From: Neoechinorhynchus agilis
Lineage: Eukaryota; Animalia; Acanthocephala
Assembly: GCA_051530055.1 (NCBI GenBank)
Contig: CM121342.1
Span: forward strand, 14,833,480-14,897,479
Direction of reading: 5' to 3'
Length of the DNA: 64,000 nt
Positions 63,285 through 64,000 of the stretch are shown one piece after another (the first letter of the stretch is position 1; every line of letters begins with the position of its first letter). The notes under the pieces were generated by a model, which saw only the letters and a program-made list of their open reading frames with translations, made no database searches and was not told the origin of the DNA. The position numbers and the translations under genes were made by a program.

Positions 63285-64000
63285 ATGGATGCATCCGATA
63301 CACTAATTGCCAATCAACCTATTGTGATCGATAATGTACGTAGAAGATACTTAGCGGCTTGCATTCACTGTTGCGTATTTAGGGTTCAGGTGTCTTAAAG
63401 GCCGGTTTTGCTGGGGACCAAGTTCCAAAACTCGTATTTCCAAATATGTAGGAATTTTTCTTTTTAACCGATTTCAAATTTGGAGGGAAATTTAGCATAG
63501 GCGACATAAAGCACCAGCGGGTGATGACGGGAGGTCTCGAAGGTCATACGTTCATCGGACCTAATGCTGAAGAAAACCGCGGTCTTCTGAGGTTAAGGTA
63601 TCCGATGGAGCACGGTATTGTAACTGATTGGGATGATATTGAGAAGGTTTGGTCCTACGTCTACTCCAAAAATCAGCTCAATGCAGCTTCCGAAGAGGTG
63701 ATAAATTGAAGTCTTATCCATTCGCTTCTGATATAATTCTATTAGCACCCTGTTCTGTTGACGGAGGCTCCGTTGAATCCTTGGGCCACGCGGGAGAAAA
63801 CGGCTGAGATATTTTTCGAAACCTTTAATGTTCCAGCTATGTTCATGTCAATGCAAGCTGTTTTGAGTTTGTAAGATTTATCTATGGAAAAGATTATCTT
63901 CTTAATCCGTACACATAGATACGCTAGCGGAAAAACCACCGGTCTCGTGTTGGACTGTGGAGACGGAGTCGCGCATGCTGTACCGATATGCCAAGGTTTG
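63285..64000 (+). CDS. ACTR1: Actin-related protein 1 (centractin), 5' part, four canonical introns; runs off the window
   Basis: [63 protein letters not shown]. Confidence 0.93.

Overview
AT-rich, gene-dense eukaryotic DNA, most likely from a compact-genome animal. This is inferred from a teneurin-like gene, a tRNA-derived SINE, CRE and CR1/L2-type retroelements, and canonical GT-AG introns mostly 35-70 nt long. The first ~23 kb is repeat-rich: a near-identical 2.1 kb duplication containing a 46-bp minisatellite inside inverted repeats, nested non-LTR retroelement remnants (one joined to a Tudor-like fragment), tandem repeats, a 170-bp hairpin and an intronless 1001-aa coiled-coil orphan ORF. 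From 23-42 kb is a housekeeping cluster: SPPL2-like protease, divergent alpha-tubulin, Nup133-like, WDR55-like, RRP9, calcineurin A and PTDSS2-like. The rest holds TE remnants, a shortened teneurin with a same-strand DHHC palmitoyltransferase nested in one intron, an EF-hand gene, COA4, a CRE copy and the start of ARP1. Main finding: six conserved reading frames in five genes (SPPL2, Nup133 twice, WDR55, RRP9, calcineurin A) are interrupted by 40-194 nt inserts with terminal inverted repeats and short flanking direct repeats. Removing each insert restores the reading frame and, where the family motif is well conserved, its spacing, yet the ends share no GT-AG consensus. This suggests MITE-derived non-canonical hairpin introns or precise DNA-level excision. 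All alignments were done by eye from remembered family motifs; no database search was run.
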